This document shows, piece by piece, positions 25,878 through 36,338 of a stretch of 56,772 nucleotides of DNA. Within the stretch, counting starts at the first letter, position 1. Every line of letters starts with the position of its first letter. Source of the stretch: Acidobacteriaceae bacterium. Its GTDB lineage: Bacteria > Acidobacteriota > Terriglobia > Bryobacterales > Bryobacteraceae. The stretch lies in the NCBI GenBank assembly GCA_025360145.1, contig JANYCV010000437.1:1-56772 (forward strand). Direction: 5' to 3'. A program made the position numbers and the translations under genes. The notes below the pieces were generated by a model, which was given only the letters and a program-made list of their open reading frames with translations, ran no database searches and was not told the DNA's origin.

Positions 25878-26894
25878 TTGCGAGTCGGAATCATAGGCAC
25901 CGGTGCAATTTCTTACAAACACGCTGAGGCATACAAGAATATCGGGTACGACGTCACGGTCTGTACCGATATAAATGAGGCGAACGGAAAGCGGTTTGCC
26001 GAACAGACGGGCGCGGAGTTTGTAAAAACATTCGACGAGGTCTGCAGCCATCCCAAAGTGGATTACGTCGACCTCTGCACTTTCCCGGATTTCCGGCTGC
26101 AGGTCATTGAAGTTTGCGCCGCGTCGAAAAAACACATCCAGGTGCAAAAACCCGCCGCCACAAATGTGGAGACGGCGCACAAGATGATTGAGGTGGCAGC
26201 GAAGGCCGGCATATTGCTTGGCGTAGTGAGCCAGCATCGTTTCGACGACTCCACGCAATTCCTCAAAAAGGCGATTGCCGAGGGGCGCATGGGAAAGATT
26301 CTGCAAGCCGATGCCTACGTGAAATGGTATCGTTCGGCGGAGTATTACAGCCGTCCTATTAAAGGTAGCTGGGCGACGGAAGGCGGAGGCGCGCTGATCA
26401 ACCAGGCTGTGCATCAGGTGGACGTGCTGCTCTGGCTCATCGGTCCGGTGCGGGAACTATTCGGACACTGGCAACTGGGCGCGCTGCACAAGATCGAATC
26501 GGAAGATGTGGTGAATGCGTTGCTCAAGTACTCCTCAGGCGCAACGGGAGTGATTCAGGCGGCCACCGCTTTCTGGCCGGGGTATTCCGAGCGCGTGGAG
26601 ATTCACGGGACGAAGGGAACGGCCGTCATCACTGGCGATAAATTGACCACATGGGACATTGAAAACGATTCCGGCGAGCCGCCGCCCATCGATCGCGAGG
26701 TGGCTTCCGGCGCGTCCGATCCGATGGCGATTTCGCTGACGCCGTTTGAACGGCAATTTATGGATTTCGGCGACGCTATCCGCAAGGGGCGCCAGCCGCT
26801 GGTTTCCGGCATTGACGGCTATCGAGCATTGCAGGTGGTCTGCGGCATTTACGCATCGTGCCGCGAAAGCCGCAAGGTTACGATCGGCGAATGA
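25878..26894 (+). CDS. Gfo/Idh/MocA-family NAD(P)-dependent oxidoreductase
   Basis: TTG start after AAGGAGAA. Rossmann N-terminus RVGIIGTGAISYKH, and the EKP-like motif in HIQVQKP. Confidence 0.8.
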   Translation: MRVGIIGTGAISYKHAEAYKNIGYDVTVCTDINEANGKRFAEQTGAEFVKTFDEVCSHPKVDYVDLCTFPDFRLQVIEVCAASKKHIQVQKPAATNVETAHKMIEVAAKAGILLGVVSQHRFDDSTQFLKKAIAEGRMGKILQADAYVKWYRSAEYYSRPIKGSWATEGGGALINQAVHQVDVLLWLIGPVRELFGHWQLGALHKIESEDVVNALLKYSSGATGVIQAATAFWPGYSERVEIHGTKGTAVITGDKLTTWDIENDSGEPPPIDREVASGASDPMAISLTPFERQFMDFGDAIRKGRQPLVSGIDGYRALQVVCGIYASCRESRKVTIGE

Positions 26895-27784
26895 TGACCA
26901 CCGTTCGGGTGCCGGCCTCCAGCGCCAACTTGGGACCGGGCTTCGATGCTCTTGGGCTCGCACTGAACTTGTTTCTCGAATGCCGGTTTGAACCCAGTGA
27001 AACGCTGTCCATCTCGGCGTCCGGGCGGGACGCGGACTCCATTTCGTGCGGTCCGGACAACCTCATCTGGCAGACTGCGCTCACGGTGGCACAGGACGTG
27101 GGCGGCGTGCTCCCTGCAATTACACTCGCCATCGACAATCAGATTCCGCTGGGCAAGGGGCTGGGCTCCAGCGCGGCAGCCCTGACGGCGGGCGTAGTGA
27201 TTGCTGACCATCTGCTGGGACTCGGCTGGAAGCCGCACCGCATTCTGGATGAGGCGGCAAAGATTGAAGGGCACCCCGACAATGTGGCCGCTTGCGTTCT
27301 GGGCTCCATCGTCGCAAGTGCGATCGATTCGGGTGGTGTGGCACGAGCGGTACGGCTGGAGATGCCGGACCACTTCCGGGTTGCGGTAATTGTGCCCGAT
27401 TATGCATTGCCCACCGTGCAGGCCCGGTCGGTGCTTCCCGACACATACAGTAAGCAAGACACAATCTTTAACATTCAGCGCGCGGCGTTGTTGATTGCGG
27501 CACTTTCGGTGGGTGCTATTTCCGCTTTCCCCACCGCTCTGGAGGATCGCCTGCATCAGCCGTACCGTGCGAAGCTTGTGCCCGGCCTGGAGGAAGCGTT
27601 GAAGCTGCGCGCACCTGGGTTGTTAGGGTGTACGCTGAGCGGGGCGGGCCCATCTATTCTGGTCTTCTATGAACGCGGCTGTGAGCAGGTCTGCGACCTG
27701 GTACGGCAGATCTTCGCCATCCACGGACACCCGGCCGAAATCCTTTCCGCGCAAATTTCACGGGAAGGATTTCGGATCTGGTAG
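26891..27784 (+). CDS. thrB: Homoserine kinase
   Basis: The start at 26891 (MMTTVRVPASSANLGPGFD) forms an ATGA overlap with the preceding stop. GHMP-kinase motif PLGKGLGSSAA. Confidence 0.9.
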   Translation: MMTTVRVPASSANLGPGFDALGLALNLFLECRFEPSETLSISASGRDADSISCGPDNLIWQTALTVAQDVGGVLPAITLAIDNQIPLGKGLGSSAAALTAGVVIADHLLGLGWKPHRILDEAAKIEGHPDNVAACVLGSIVASAIDSGGVARAVRLEMPDHFRVAVIVPDYALPTVQARSVLPDTYSKQDTIFNIQRAALLIAALSVGAISAFPTALEDRLHQPYRAKLVPGLEEALKLRAPGLLGCTLSGAGPSILVFYERGCEQVCDLVRQIFAIHGHPAEILSAQISREGFRIW

Positions 27785-28131
27785 TTGCTTTGATAGCTGC
27801 GGCTATTGTGTCGGGACTGGGCCGATTGCGAGCGGGAAGGTAGCGGCGAAACCGGGCGTGATGGCGGCTGTTGTGAACGATGTTTCTGCTAACGGGCTTG
27901 GTAAACTCCTGGCCAGTCGTTGATTCGCGATAGGTCCAGGTATTCCCGTTCACGCCGGCGCCGTCGCGGCCATGCGCAACCCGGCAACGGAACTGGAGTG
28001 GGCCGCGTTCTCCCGAACACTTGACGGACCCCGGCTGGCGATGTAACAAGGTGTGCATGGACGGCTTGATTGCTAAAGCGAACTTGACCATCCGCCCGGG
28101 AGTGCCGGAAGATGCGCAAGGAAGAGTAGCC

Positions 28132-28725
28132 ATGCTGACTTTTGAAAAGTTCCTTGCGGATGCAGCGAATGGAGGGAACGGGGTAAATACCTTGTTTGAA
28201 GAACGGCTGTTTGGTTTGGTTGGCTTGTTGCATAAGAGCACGGACATCCTCAACACGCAGCACATTCCTCATGAACTAATCGGTGGACTTGCCGTGCTGA
28301 ATTATGTTAAAGAAGCAAATTCCGAGCATACTTCCCTGACACGACATGTTGATCTTGTGGTTAGCCGCTCCGATTTGGAACGTATTAAGGAAACTGCGGG
28401 CACGGACGGATTCCGGTTTACTGATGCTGCCGGGGTCGATATGTTGATCTACGGACCAACTGAGAGCGCTCGGAACGCCGTTCATCTAGTGTTCAGTGGA
28501 GAAAAGGTTCCTCCAATCAGGCCGGATCTCAAACACGTTAACGGAAAAGACGTGCTGGTAATTCCCATATTGGACTTAATTCGGACGAAGCTCAGTTCCA
28601 ATCGGCTGAAGGATCAGATTCACATGAAGTCGATGGATGCCGCTGGCTTGATTACCTCCGATGCCGAAGCGACATTGACACCGGAACTTGCCGCACGGTT
28701 GAAACATGTTCGGGAGACCGAATAG
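28132..28725 (+). CDS. Solitary nucleotidyltransferase-fold protein (minimal NTase / AbiEii- or MNT-like)
   Basis: The ATG at 28132 follows GGAAGAG. The NTase signature is hG[GS]...DhDh, seen as LIGGLAVLNYV...TRHVDLVVS. The gene is AT-richer than its neighbours (see findings). Confidence 0.5.
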   Translation: MLTFEKFLADAANGGNGVNTLFEERLFGLVGLLHKSTDILNTQHIPHELIGGLAVLNYVKEANSEHTSLTRHVDLVVSRSDLERIKETAGTDGFRFTDAAGVDMLIYGPTESARNAVHLVFSGEKVPPIRPDLKHVNGKDVLVIPILDLIRTKLSSNRLKDQIHMKSMDAAGLITSDAEATLTPELAARLKHVRETE

Positions 28726-28736
28726 CTGGCGAAGAA

Positions 28737-30119
28737 CTAGTAACCCGGCGGTGAGAATTCGGGCGCCTTGCCTTCCAGCCGCACCGCGATTTCCAGCAGC
28801 GTCTCCTCTTCGTAGGGCCGTCCGATTAACTGAATCCCAACCGGCAATCCGTCGTCGCTTATGTCGAACGGAATGACTACGGACGGCAGTCCCAGTAAAT
28901 TGAATGGCGTCGACGGCATCATCGCCTGAAACACTCCGATCGGCTTTGTGGCGGTCTGCCAAAGCCGTTCGCGGTGATGAAACGCGGTAACTCCGCAAGG
29001 TGGCATCAGCAGCACCGGATAGTCTTGCATCTGCATCAATAGCGACGTTCGCATCGCATCCCGCGCGGCCAGATTTTCGACGACGGTGCGGGCGGAGACC
29101 GGCTCCTCGGATACTGTGTTCAGAAATTCGGCAGCAGTCCAATGCGCTTTCGCTGGATCGCTGGCGATGATCTCCCGCGTGAACGGTGCGGGCAATTCCC
29201 CAAAGAAGAACCACCACAAATTCGGGCCGCGCTCCAGGCCTTTCGGCATGAACTCTTCTACCGGAATTCGCAATTCAGTAAGTGCCGCAGTTGCCTTGCG
29301 GACAGCCCGCTTCACCGAATCCTGCACGGGCACGTTGTAAAATTGTTCCGCGACGCCAACGCGAATGCCGGAAAGATTCGGCTGGCGAATGGGAACGGGG
29401 GCGGCGAAAGGGTCCGCTGGATCGTAGCCTGCCAGTGCGTGAAACAGCAGGCGCAGGTCGGTTGCATTGCGGGCCATTGGCCCTGCCACTGACAGCAGAC
29501 CTGCCGGATGGCAGAGCGGAGGATAGTGACCGGCGGCCGACACCCGTCCGGGCGTCGGCTTTAACGCAGCGATTCCGGTGAAGTGCGCCGGGACTCGAAG
29601 AGAACCACCGCCGTCGCTGCCCACACCGCCCGCCGACATGAACGACGCAATGGCCGAGGCTTCGCCACCACTGGAACCGCCCGGAGTGCGCGTCAGATCC
29701 CACGGATTGTTCGTGCGCCCGGTGGTGTAGTTGTCGGTTTCGTAGCTGTTCAGAAATTCGGGGCAGTTGGTCTTGCCGATCAGGATAGCGCCGGCTGCGC
29801 GGAGACGGCCAGCGGCGGAGGAATCGCTGGCGGCGCGATGATTCAGACGGTAGCGGCTGCCGCAGAGAGTGGGATGGCCGGCCAGATCGAAACTGTCCTT
29901 AATGGTGATCGGGATGCCGTGAAGCAGACCGCCGGGGATCTGCCTTTCGGCCTGCTGTGCCGCAGCCAGCGCTTCTTCGGCCAGGATGCTGACGAAGGCG
30001 TTGAGTTGCGGATTGTGCCGCTCGATCTGTTTGAGGTGCGAACGGACAAGCTCCACCGGCGACAGCTTACGCGCACGGATGTGTGCGCTCATTTGGGCAA
30101 GCGTCAGGTGGTGTGGCAT
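28737..30119 (-). CDS. Amidase-signature family amidase (GatA-like)
   Basis: GGSSGGEASAIA signature, the KD.FD motif (ITIKDSFD), 460 aa. Confidence 0.85.
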   Translation of the reverse strand: MPHHLTLAQMSAHIRARKLSPVELVRSHLKQIERHNPQLNAFVSILAEEALAAAQQAERQIPGGLLHGIPITIKDSFDLAGHPTLCGSRYRLNHRAASDSSAAGRLRAAGAILIGKTNCPEFLNSYETDNYTTGRTNNPWDLTRTPGGSSGGEASAIASFMSAGGVGSDGGGSLRVPAHFTGIAALKPTPGRVSAAGHYPPLCHPAGLLSVAGPMARNATDLRLLFHALAGYDPADPFAAPVPIRQPNLSGIRVGVAEQFYNVPVQDSVKRAVRKATAALTELRIPVEEFMPKGLERGPNLWWFFFGELPAPFTREIIASDPAKAHWTAAEFLNTVSEEPVSARTVVENLAARDAMRTSLLMQMQDYPVLLMPPCGVTAFHHRERLWQTATKPIGVFQAMMPSTPFNLLGLPSVVIPFDISDDGLPVGIQLIGRPYEEETLLEIAVRLEGKAPEFSPPGY

Positions 30120-30495
30120 ATCTAGAACCTCTCCATTTGGATTCTGCGAGTTCCTGGCAGAATATTCTTGGCGGCTCGCTTCGCGGCCAATATTCGCGGG
30201 CCTTCCAATACATTTTGTGAGAAGCTCCCACTTTCGGCGCTTTCGGCCTGTTTGGTTCCGGCTATGCCGGCTTGGGAGGCTGCCAGGGATAGATTGAGAG
30301 GATTGTCAGCGTTCAGTTGGATGAGAAATCGATTCTTGGACATCGGAAGGTCAATATGTTTAGCTACCGGCTATCCTGAATCAGCCTCAACTCCCTGTCA
30401 CCGTAGCTGCAGGGGTGGAAAATCGAAGCCGCCATTCGATCGGCGCAGTGGTTCGTCATTCTCCGTTCAAGAAGCGGTCCCGGAGCCGACTGCTG

Positions 30496-32175
30496 CTAAC
30501 CTTCCTTCACCGTCATGTACCGATCCATGGCCGGATTCTCAATCTTCTGCACCTTACCGCTCGGCTTCGGCCAGGTAATCTCGACCCACTCAATCTTCTC
30601 AACTTTCCCGACACCCAACACTTCCCGTGGATCGCTAGAAGACAAGTAACTCCCGCCGCTATTCTTCAATCGCGACCTGATCACCCCACCCGCCGACCAA
30701 CGGAGCTTCGCCCCAATCGCATCGTGATTACAATTCACGCCCTCGAGCTTCAGCCCAAGCCAATGATTACCACTTCCGGCCTGATTCCGCAACAATACTG
30801 GCGCACCGCCATTGGTCGCGATCAGAATATCCATCAGCCCATTGTTATTAAAATCACCGATCGCCAACCCGCGCGCTGGATAGGACTTCCTGAACGCCGG
30901 ACCAGCTTCACTACTTACGTTTCGCAGCTTCCCATTGTCCTGACGGAACAACAGAATGGGCTCTTTGTACTTCACCTGTGCCGAATAATTCTCGATCATG
31001 TCGTCCGGATGGCCGTTCGCCAGGATCAGATCAACAGCTCCATCGTTGTCGTAGTCGAAAAACTTCAGCCCCCATCCACTAAGCAAGCGAGTCGACTGCG
31101 CCACGCTGTTGGCATGCGCCACGTCACGGAACGTCTCGTTCTTCTGGTTCTTGTAGAGCGAGAACATCTCCTGATCGACATTCGCAACAAACAGGTCCTG
31201 ATAGCCGCTTCCGAAGACGTCCGCCGCGTCAACCCCCATCCCCGACCGCGGTTGCCCGCTTTCGCTATACCCCACCTCGGCCGCGATCGCCATTTCCTCG
31301 AATTGCCATTTCCCGCTCTTATCTTTGCCGCGATTCACGAACAGAAAGTTCTGCACCGTGTCGTTCGCAACGAACAGGTCCATCAAACCATCGTTATTGA
31401 TATCCGTCGCCACCACGCCCAGCCCCTTGCCCATCGCGCGCGCGATGTCAGTTCCCATTTGAACCTGCGTGAAAGTCCCATCGCCGTTGTTGTGGTAGAG
31501 GAAACTCGTAGTCCCTTTAAAGGCCCGTGGAATGCAGTAATAATTCCGCGCTAACTTGTTGTCGCCGCACGAAAGGTGTTCGGTCTTGCCGTAATCCACG
31601 AAGCTGCAAATAAACAGATCCAGCTTGCCGTCGTTATCGTAGTCAAACCAAACCGCGCTCGTTGTCCAGCCCGGCGTCTCAAGCCCGGCCTTGTTCGTCA
31701 CATCCGTGAACGTGCCATCGTGATTGTTTTTGTACAGAATGCAACTTCCATACGAGGTCACGAAGATATCGGGCCAGCCATCATTGTCATAATCGCCAAT
31801 GGCAACGCCCATCCCAAAGGTCCCACCCGCCACTCCGGCCTTCTCCGTCACGTCCGTGAATGTGCCGTCGCGATTGTTCCTGTAGAGAGCATTTCGCAGC
31901 GGCGTTGCCGGTTTAAAGAAATCGCATCGCCCGCTGTTCACCAGATAGATATCCATCCACCCGTCGTTGTCGTAATCGAAAAACGCACAGCCGGGGCCCA
32001 GTGTCTCCGGAAGATACCGCTTGGCCGACATCGCGTTATCGTGGACCCACGTGATGCCGCTGGCCGATGGTGGAATTTCCTCAAAGAGTGGAGACGCTGC
32101 CGTACTTCCCTTCAGCAGGCTCACCGCTCCGGCTCCGGCGGTAAGCGATAACAGTTGACGGCGGGAGAGCTTCAT
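30496..32175 (-). CDS. ASPIC/UnbV (CRTAC1-family) FG-GAP/VCBS repeat protein, Tat/Sec-exported
   Basis: N-terminus [17 protein letters not shown]. Repeated DYDNDG.(P/M/L)D FG-GAP motifs. C-terminal UnbV_ASPIC-like block [10 protein letters not shown]...GGSYLSSSD. Confidence 0.85.
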   Translation of the reverse strand: MKLSRRQLLSLTAGAGAVSLLKGSTAASPLFEEIPPSASGITWVHDNAMSAKRYLPETLGPGCAFFDYDNDGWMDIYLVNSGRCDFFKPATPLRNALYRNNRDGTFTDVTEKAGVAGGTFGMGVAIGDYDNDGWPDIFVTSYGSCILYKNNHDGTFTDVTNKAGLETPGWTTSAVWFDYDNDGKLDLFICSFVDYGKTEHLSCGDNKLARNYYCIPRAFKGTTSFLYHNNGDGTFTQVQMGTDIARAMGKGLGVVATDINNDGLMDLFVANDTVQNFLFVNRGKDKSGKWQFEEMAIAAEVGYSESGQPRSGMGVDAADVFGSGYQDLFVANVDQEMFSLYKNQKNETFRDVAHANSVAQSTRLLSGWGLKFFDYDNDGAVDLILANGHPDDMIENYSAQVKYKEPILLFRQDNGKLRNVSSEAGPAFRKSYPARGLAIGDFNNNGLMDILIATNGGAPVLLRNQAGSGNHWLGLKLEGVNCNHDAIGAKLRWSAGGVIRSRLKNSGGSYLSSSDPREVLGVGKVEKIEWVEITWPKPSGKVQKIENPAMDRYMTVKEG

Positions 32176-32666
32176 TCGAATTCAATCCGGATATTTCTCA
32201 TTGGCCTTCCCCATTATGATAAGGTCACCGGTGAATTTCTTCTGTACCTCGGGGAAAAACAATCGCGGCATGTCGCAGCAACAAGCAAGATGGCACATGC
32301 CGTTTCCGAGGCGTATAGACTAGCCGCCGCGGCGCCCGGCATGTCACGTCATTTCACGTTCACTCCCGGCTTCTTCGCCTGGGCCTTCGCGTGCAGTTTC
32401 CCGACAATCGCTCGTTCGCGATCACTCTCGCGATCACGCTTCAGGCGGTAATAGACGGGTGCCCGTGTGACAGGCGCCTCGATGAAATCCGTCAATTGAT
32501 TCCGCTACAACTGCTTGCGGGCTAGAAATCTAGCCGCTTCAGGGTGGCTACAACTGCCGGTTTTAGAATGAATTCTCTCGCCTCTACCTGAGGCATAGCA
32601 GCCGCGTCTCCCGGACGGGCATAGGTGAGCACAGGGGCCGGGTCAACGGCCCCTGTGGCAGCGCCG

Positions 32667-35600
32667 TTAGAAAGTAAATCTACCGACGAGTTGTATGTTA
32701 CGGGGCGAGGTCACGTTGCCGTTAAATTTGCCGAAATTCGCACTGGAGATGTCGGAATCGAACGGAGAGGTGCAAAATCCGGAACAAGTGAAGTTGTGCG
32801 TGTTCCAGGCGTTGAACGCCTCCGCCCTTATTTGAAAGTTAATACGCTCGGTGATGTGCGTATTCTTCACCAGCGCCAAATCCTGATTCTTGAAGGAAAA
32901 TCCGCGATAGTTGGTGATGCGCTCGCCTTTCCCGTAAAAGAAGTTGAAATCGGAATCAGGTTGGAACGCATTCTTATCGAACAGCGGCAGGTTCGGATTG
33001 AAGCTGCCCTTATCCTGCGCAAACGGGGATTTGCCAGGCAAAAGCGTCGGTAGGCACGCCACCCGGAATTGGCCCGGGACGTTGCAGGTGCCGGATCGGA
33101 AGAAAAGCGGAGTGCCAGCGGAAATCTTGACGGTGCTAGTCACCTCCCAACCGCCCAGAACTCTGTCTATCAAGCCTTTGGAAGTCATGAACCGCTTCCC
33201 GTGCCCAAACGGCAGCTCGTAAACCATGGCGAGGGAGAACACGTCCGGCACATCGTCGGACGCCAGGGCTTTATTCCGCTTCCGTTCGTAGGGTGAGATC
33301 ACGCCGGTCTGCCCGCTCCACTGGTTCGCGCCGGATTGTGTATTTCCTCCTGAGCTTGTGATCAGCTTTGAGTGTGTATACGCGGCCAGCATGTACAGGC
33401 CCGCGCTGTAGCGTTTCTCGGCCTTCAACTGCAAAGAGTGGTAGGTGGAGCTGCCCAGGTTCTCATTCAGGCCGAACAGCCCGTCGCAGTATTGCGGAAA
33501 CGGAAGCAGCGCCTGTGCCACCGTCGGCGTACAGCCGGTCATCTGCTGTGACCAGCCCTGATACGGCACGGGCACGCCATTCAGCGAAGTATCGTTAGGA
33601 CCGAACTGGTCTTTCAGCTTCGGACCCAGGCTGAGGAACTTGGGATCCAGCGCGTTGATCGGACCGATTTGGGATGGCAGACGCGTTCCCTTGCTTCCCA
33701 CGTAAGCGGCGCTGAGTACTGTATTGCCGCCCATCTGGCGCTCCATCGAGAGGTTCCACTGCTGCGAGTACGACAGCCGGTTGGAGTCCTTGGGACGATA
33801 CAGAATGCCTTGCCCGTTCTGGGCGCCCGGATCGATAAACGGCGGGCGGGTGAAGTTCTGCGGGAAACCCTGGTTCAGGATAAAAGCCGGATCGAGAGAC
33901 CCGAGGCCGGTTGAGGAAAAGCTCTGGTCTTTGTTAAATCCGTTGAGGCTCATCCCACCGCCCCAGCCGGGATAGAAAGCCTGCGTGTAGAACAGACCGA
34001 AGCCGGCTCGGACTACAGTTTTATCGTCCACCGCTAAGGCGATACCCAAGCGCGGGGCGATACCTGCGCTCCAATCTTGCTCGGGCTTACGGACACCCGC
34101 GCTCGCGGCTCCATATTTATCGCCCGCAAAAGCAAGCCGCCCTGGCCGGTTACCCGCTGACGGATTCGGCCCGAAGTCAAAGAAGGAGAGCTGGTTGTAC
34201 TTTTCCACCGATGGGGTGAACTTGTCATACCGGACGCCGTAATTGATGCTCAGCCTTTGAGTGGCCTTCCACGTATCGCCGAAGTGGAAGATATACGCGC
34301 TTTGCCGGGCATACCAGGAACTGACCGTCCGAAGACTGACGCTGCCGCTATCAACGGATTCCAAAAGGAAGCTCGCAATCGGGCTGCCGCTAGGGATTTC
34401 CGGCAAACCGGTTTGTGTCCGCGAGAAGTTGAAGTTGCCGGATTCATTGCCGTTGCTGTGAAAGTTCTGCCCCAGCTTCCGCAACTCACCGCCGAATTTG
34501 AAGGTGTGCTTGCCGCGGACCCACGTCACCAGGTCGTTGGTGATGTAGGAAGGCCTCGTCGTCACGTTTCCGGCGTTCAGGCCGGCGCCCTGGCCGTATG
34601 TGGTGAAACCATCGCTGAAGTTGATCTGCGGAGGATAGTTATGACTGACCACACCCGGAATCTGCGGAATTTCGCCGGCGGCCTGGAAATCGACACTGCC
34701 ATAACCTTCGTTCCGGTTCAGATACCCGGTCGCGAAATGGTTCAGCAGGGTAGGGCTAAACGTGTGATCCCAGTTGAATCGGTTCACCCAGGAGTCTTGC
34801 GGGTCTGAGAAGGTTTCATTGGCCAGTTGCAGCGGCAGAACAGAGTTGAATTTTGCCGGTGTAGTTTGCCGCCAGATGGTGAGGGCCATATGATCCTTGG
34901 TGCCGATATATTGGTCGAGTTTGCCAAGGTAGTGGTCCGCGCCCGCGAGAATGGAGTCCGGAACCGGTGTGGCCACCAGGTAATTGTTCAGTGGTCCGGA
35001 ACTGGTCGGGGTGGGCAGGAACTTGAACCAGCCCCTCGCCAGCGAATTTGCGATCCGGCTCGGACAGATCACGTTCGGACGCTGCCCGTCGCAGCCCATA
35101 AATTGATCGCGAAGGAACTGCAGGTTGTTCGGTCCGGAAGCAGCATTCGCGTTGAAATTAGGATTATTACGCGTCGTCCGCGGATCGTAAATCGGTATCA
35201 ATTGTCCGCTCGCGTCCTTCCAGTCGGAAAAGTCGCCCGTTCTCTCCAGAAGAGACGGAAGGGATAGCGTTGGACGGTTAGCGCCGCCTGCGATCCGGAA
35301 AAACTCGATATCCGTAAAGAAGAATGTTTTGAACCGGTCACTGTTATAGATCTTCGGAATCTTGATTTGCCCGCCGAGAAAACCGCCGAACTCGTGTTCA
35401 TTATCTTTCGGCCGCTGATCGCCCGGTTTGCGGTCAATCGTGAACTGCGTCGCATTCAAAGACTTATTGCGCAAGTACTCGAAGACGCCTCCGTGAAACT
35501 CCGTTGTGCCGGATTTTGTTGTCGCGATGATCTGCGCACCCGTCGAGGCGCCGTATTCAGGCTCGTAACTGGACGTGATTACCTTGAACTCACTCACCAT

Positions 35601-36254
35601 ATCGGGGGTCATGCGGAAGTCGGCGAAGGCCACCATTCCGCTCTGGGCCATGGTACCTTCCTGCATGCTCACACCATCCATGATGGCCTCATCGCCCGAT
35701 TGAAGCCCGCCGTTGATGCGCGCGTCGAAAGCGTTGTTTCCGCCTCCGGTGGTGACGCCGGGCATGAGAACGGCGAACTGCGCCGAATTCCTGGGCCCGC
35801 CAGCCACAATGAGAGGAAGCTCATTCAATGTTGCTGGCGTGATCCCTTCCTGCCGGACCGCGTTATCGAAGTTGAGCGGCGAAGCATTGGATACCACTTC
35901 CAGTGTTTGTACATCGATACCGACTTCCAGCTTCACATCGACTCGAACCAATTGATTTACACTCAGCGTGATGCCCTTCTGAAGGTAGTTTCGGAATCCT
36001 TTCGCCCCGGCCTTGAGTTCATAATTTCCCGGTTCAAGGTTCGGAAATGAGTACAGCCCTTCGGAGTTCGCTACCGTCTTCGCAGTGGTGTTTCTCTGGA
36101 GCGAAGTCAACGCGAGCTCCACTGCGGGAACATTGGCTCCGGAAGCGTCGGTAACCGTACCGCTAAGGGAACTGTTCTGGCTTTGAGGCCACGTCAAGAC
36201 AGGAAAAAGCAGAATCGTTATAAAACCTAACACGAAGCGGCTATGGCGTATCAT
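32667..36254 (-). CDS. TonB-dependent receptor-like outer-membrane protein with an N-terminal CarboxypepD_reg domain
   Basis: Signal peptide, then SGTVTDASGANVPAVELAL...SEGLYSFPNLEPGNYEL (CarboxypepD_reg) and a plug-like region. 1195 aa, with the C-terminal residue Phe (VGRFTF). Confidence 0.85.
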   Translation of the reverse strand: MIRHSRFVLGFITILLFPVLTWPQSQNSSLSGTVTDASGANVPAVELALTSLQRNTTAKTVANSEGLYSFPNLEPGNYELKAGAKGFRNYLQKGITLSVNQLVRVDVKLEVGIDVQTLEVVSNASPLNFDNAVRQEGITPATLNELPLIVAGGPRNSAQFAVLMPGVTTGGGNNAFDARINGGLQSGDEAIMDGVSMQEGTMAQSGMVAFADFRMTPDMVSEFKVITSSYEPEYGASTGAQIIATTKSGTTEFHGGVFEYLRNKSLNATQFTIDRKPGDQRPKDNEHEFGGFLGGQIKIPKIYNSDRFKTFFFTDIEFFRIAGGANRPTLSLPSLLERTGDFSDWKDASGQLIPIYDPRTTRNNPNFNANAASGPNNLQFLRDQFMGCDGQRPNVICPSRIANSLARGWFKFLPTPTSSGPLNNYLVATPVPDSILAGADHYLGKLDQYIGTKDHMALTIWRQTTPAKFNSVLPLQLANETFSDPQDSWVNRFNWDHTFSPTLLNHFATGYLNRNEGYGSVDFQAAGEIPQIPGVVSHNYPPQINFSDGFTTYGQGAGLNAGNVTTRPSYITNDLVTWVRGKHTFKFGGELRKLGQNFHSNGNESGNFNFSRTQTGLPEIPSGSPIASFLLESVDSGSVSLRTVSSWYARQSAYIFHFGDTWKATQRLSINYGVRYDKFTPSVEKYNQLSFFDFGPNPSAGNRPGRLAFAGDKYGAASAGVRKPEQDWSAGIAPRLGIALAVDDKTVVRAGFGLFYTQAFYPGWGGGMSLNGFNKDQSFSSTGLGSLDPAFILNQGFPQNFTRPPFIDPGAQNGQGILYRPKDSNRLSYSQQWNLSMERQMGGNTVLSAAYVGSKGTRLPSQIGPINALDPKFLSLGPKLKDQFGPNDTSLNGVPVPYQGWSQQMTGCTPTVAQALLPFPQYCDGLFGLNENLGSSTYHSLQLKAEKRYSAGLYMLAAYTHSKLITSSGGNTQSGANQWSGQTGVISPYERKRNKALASDDVPDVFSLAMVYELPFGHGKRFMTSKGLIDRVLGGWEVTSTVKISAGTPLFFRSGTCNVPGQFRVACLPTLLPGKSPFAQDKGSFNPNLPLFDKNAFQPDSDFNFFYGKGERITNYRGFSFKNQDLALVKNTHITERINFQIRAEAFNAWNTHNFTCSGFCTSPFDSDISSANFGKFNGNVTSPRNIQLVGRFTF

Positions 36255-36301
36255 GTTTCTCCCCTACTTTAAATTTCAAATCGCCGTACTCTTTAGATAG
36301 T

Positions 36302-36332
36302 TTGCCGAAAACACAAGTTGTGATATTATAAT
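36302..36332 (+). promoter_or_regulatory. Sigma70-like promoter candidate for the TPR operon
   Basis: TTGCCG (36302..36307), then a 16-nt spacer, then the extended -10 TGaTATTAT (36321..36329). It lies in the AT-rich divergent gap. It sits so close to the annotated TTG at 36339 that the true CDS start may be further downstream. Confidence 0.35.
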
Positions 36333-36338
36333 GTCGGT

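Noticed and set aside
27654-28272. 203-aa and 127-aa minus-strand ORFs upstream of the nucleotidyltransferase gene, considered as possible partner (antitoxin/HEPN) genes
   Set aside because: They overlap the thrB 3' end and the NTase 5' end in antisense. They are Arg/Pro-rich and show no HEPN (Rx4-6H) or HTH pattern.
30415-31554. 379-aa plus-strand ORF, together with the 191-aa ORF at 31576..32151
   Set aside because: Both are antisense shadows of the ASPIC/UnbV gene, and neither has recognisable domains.
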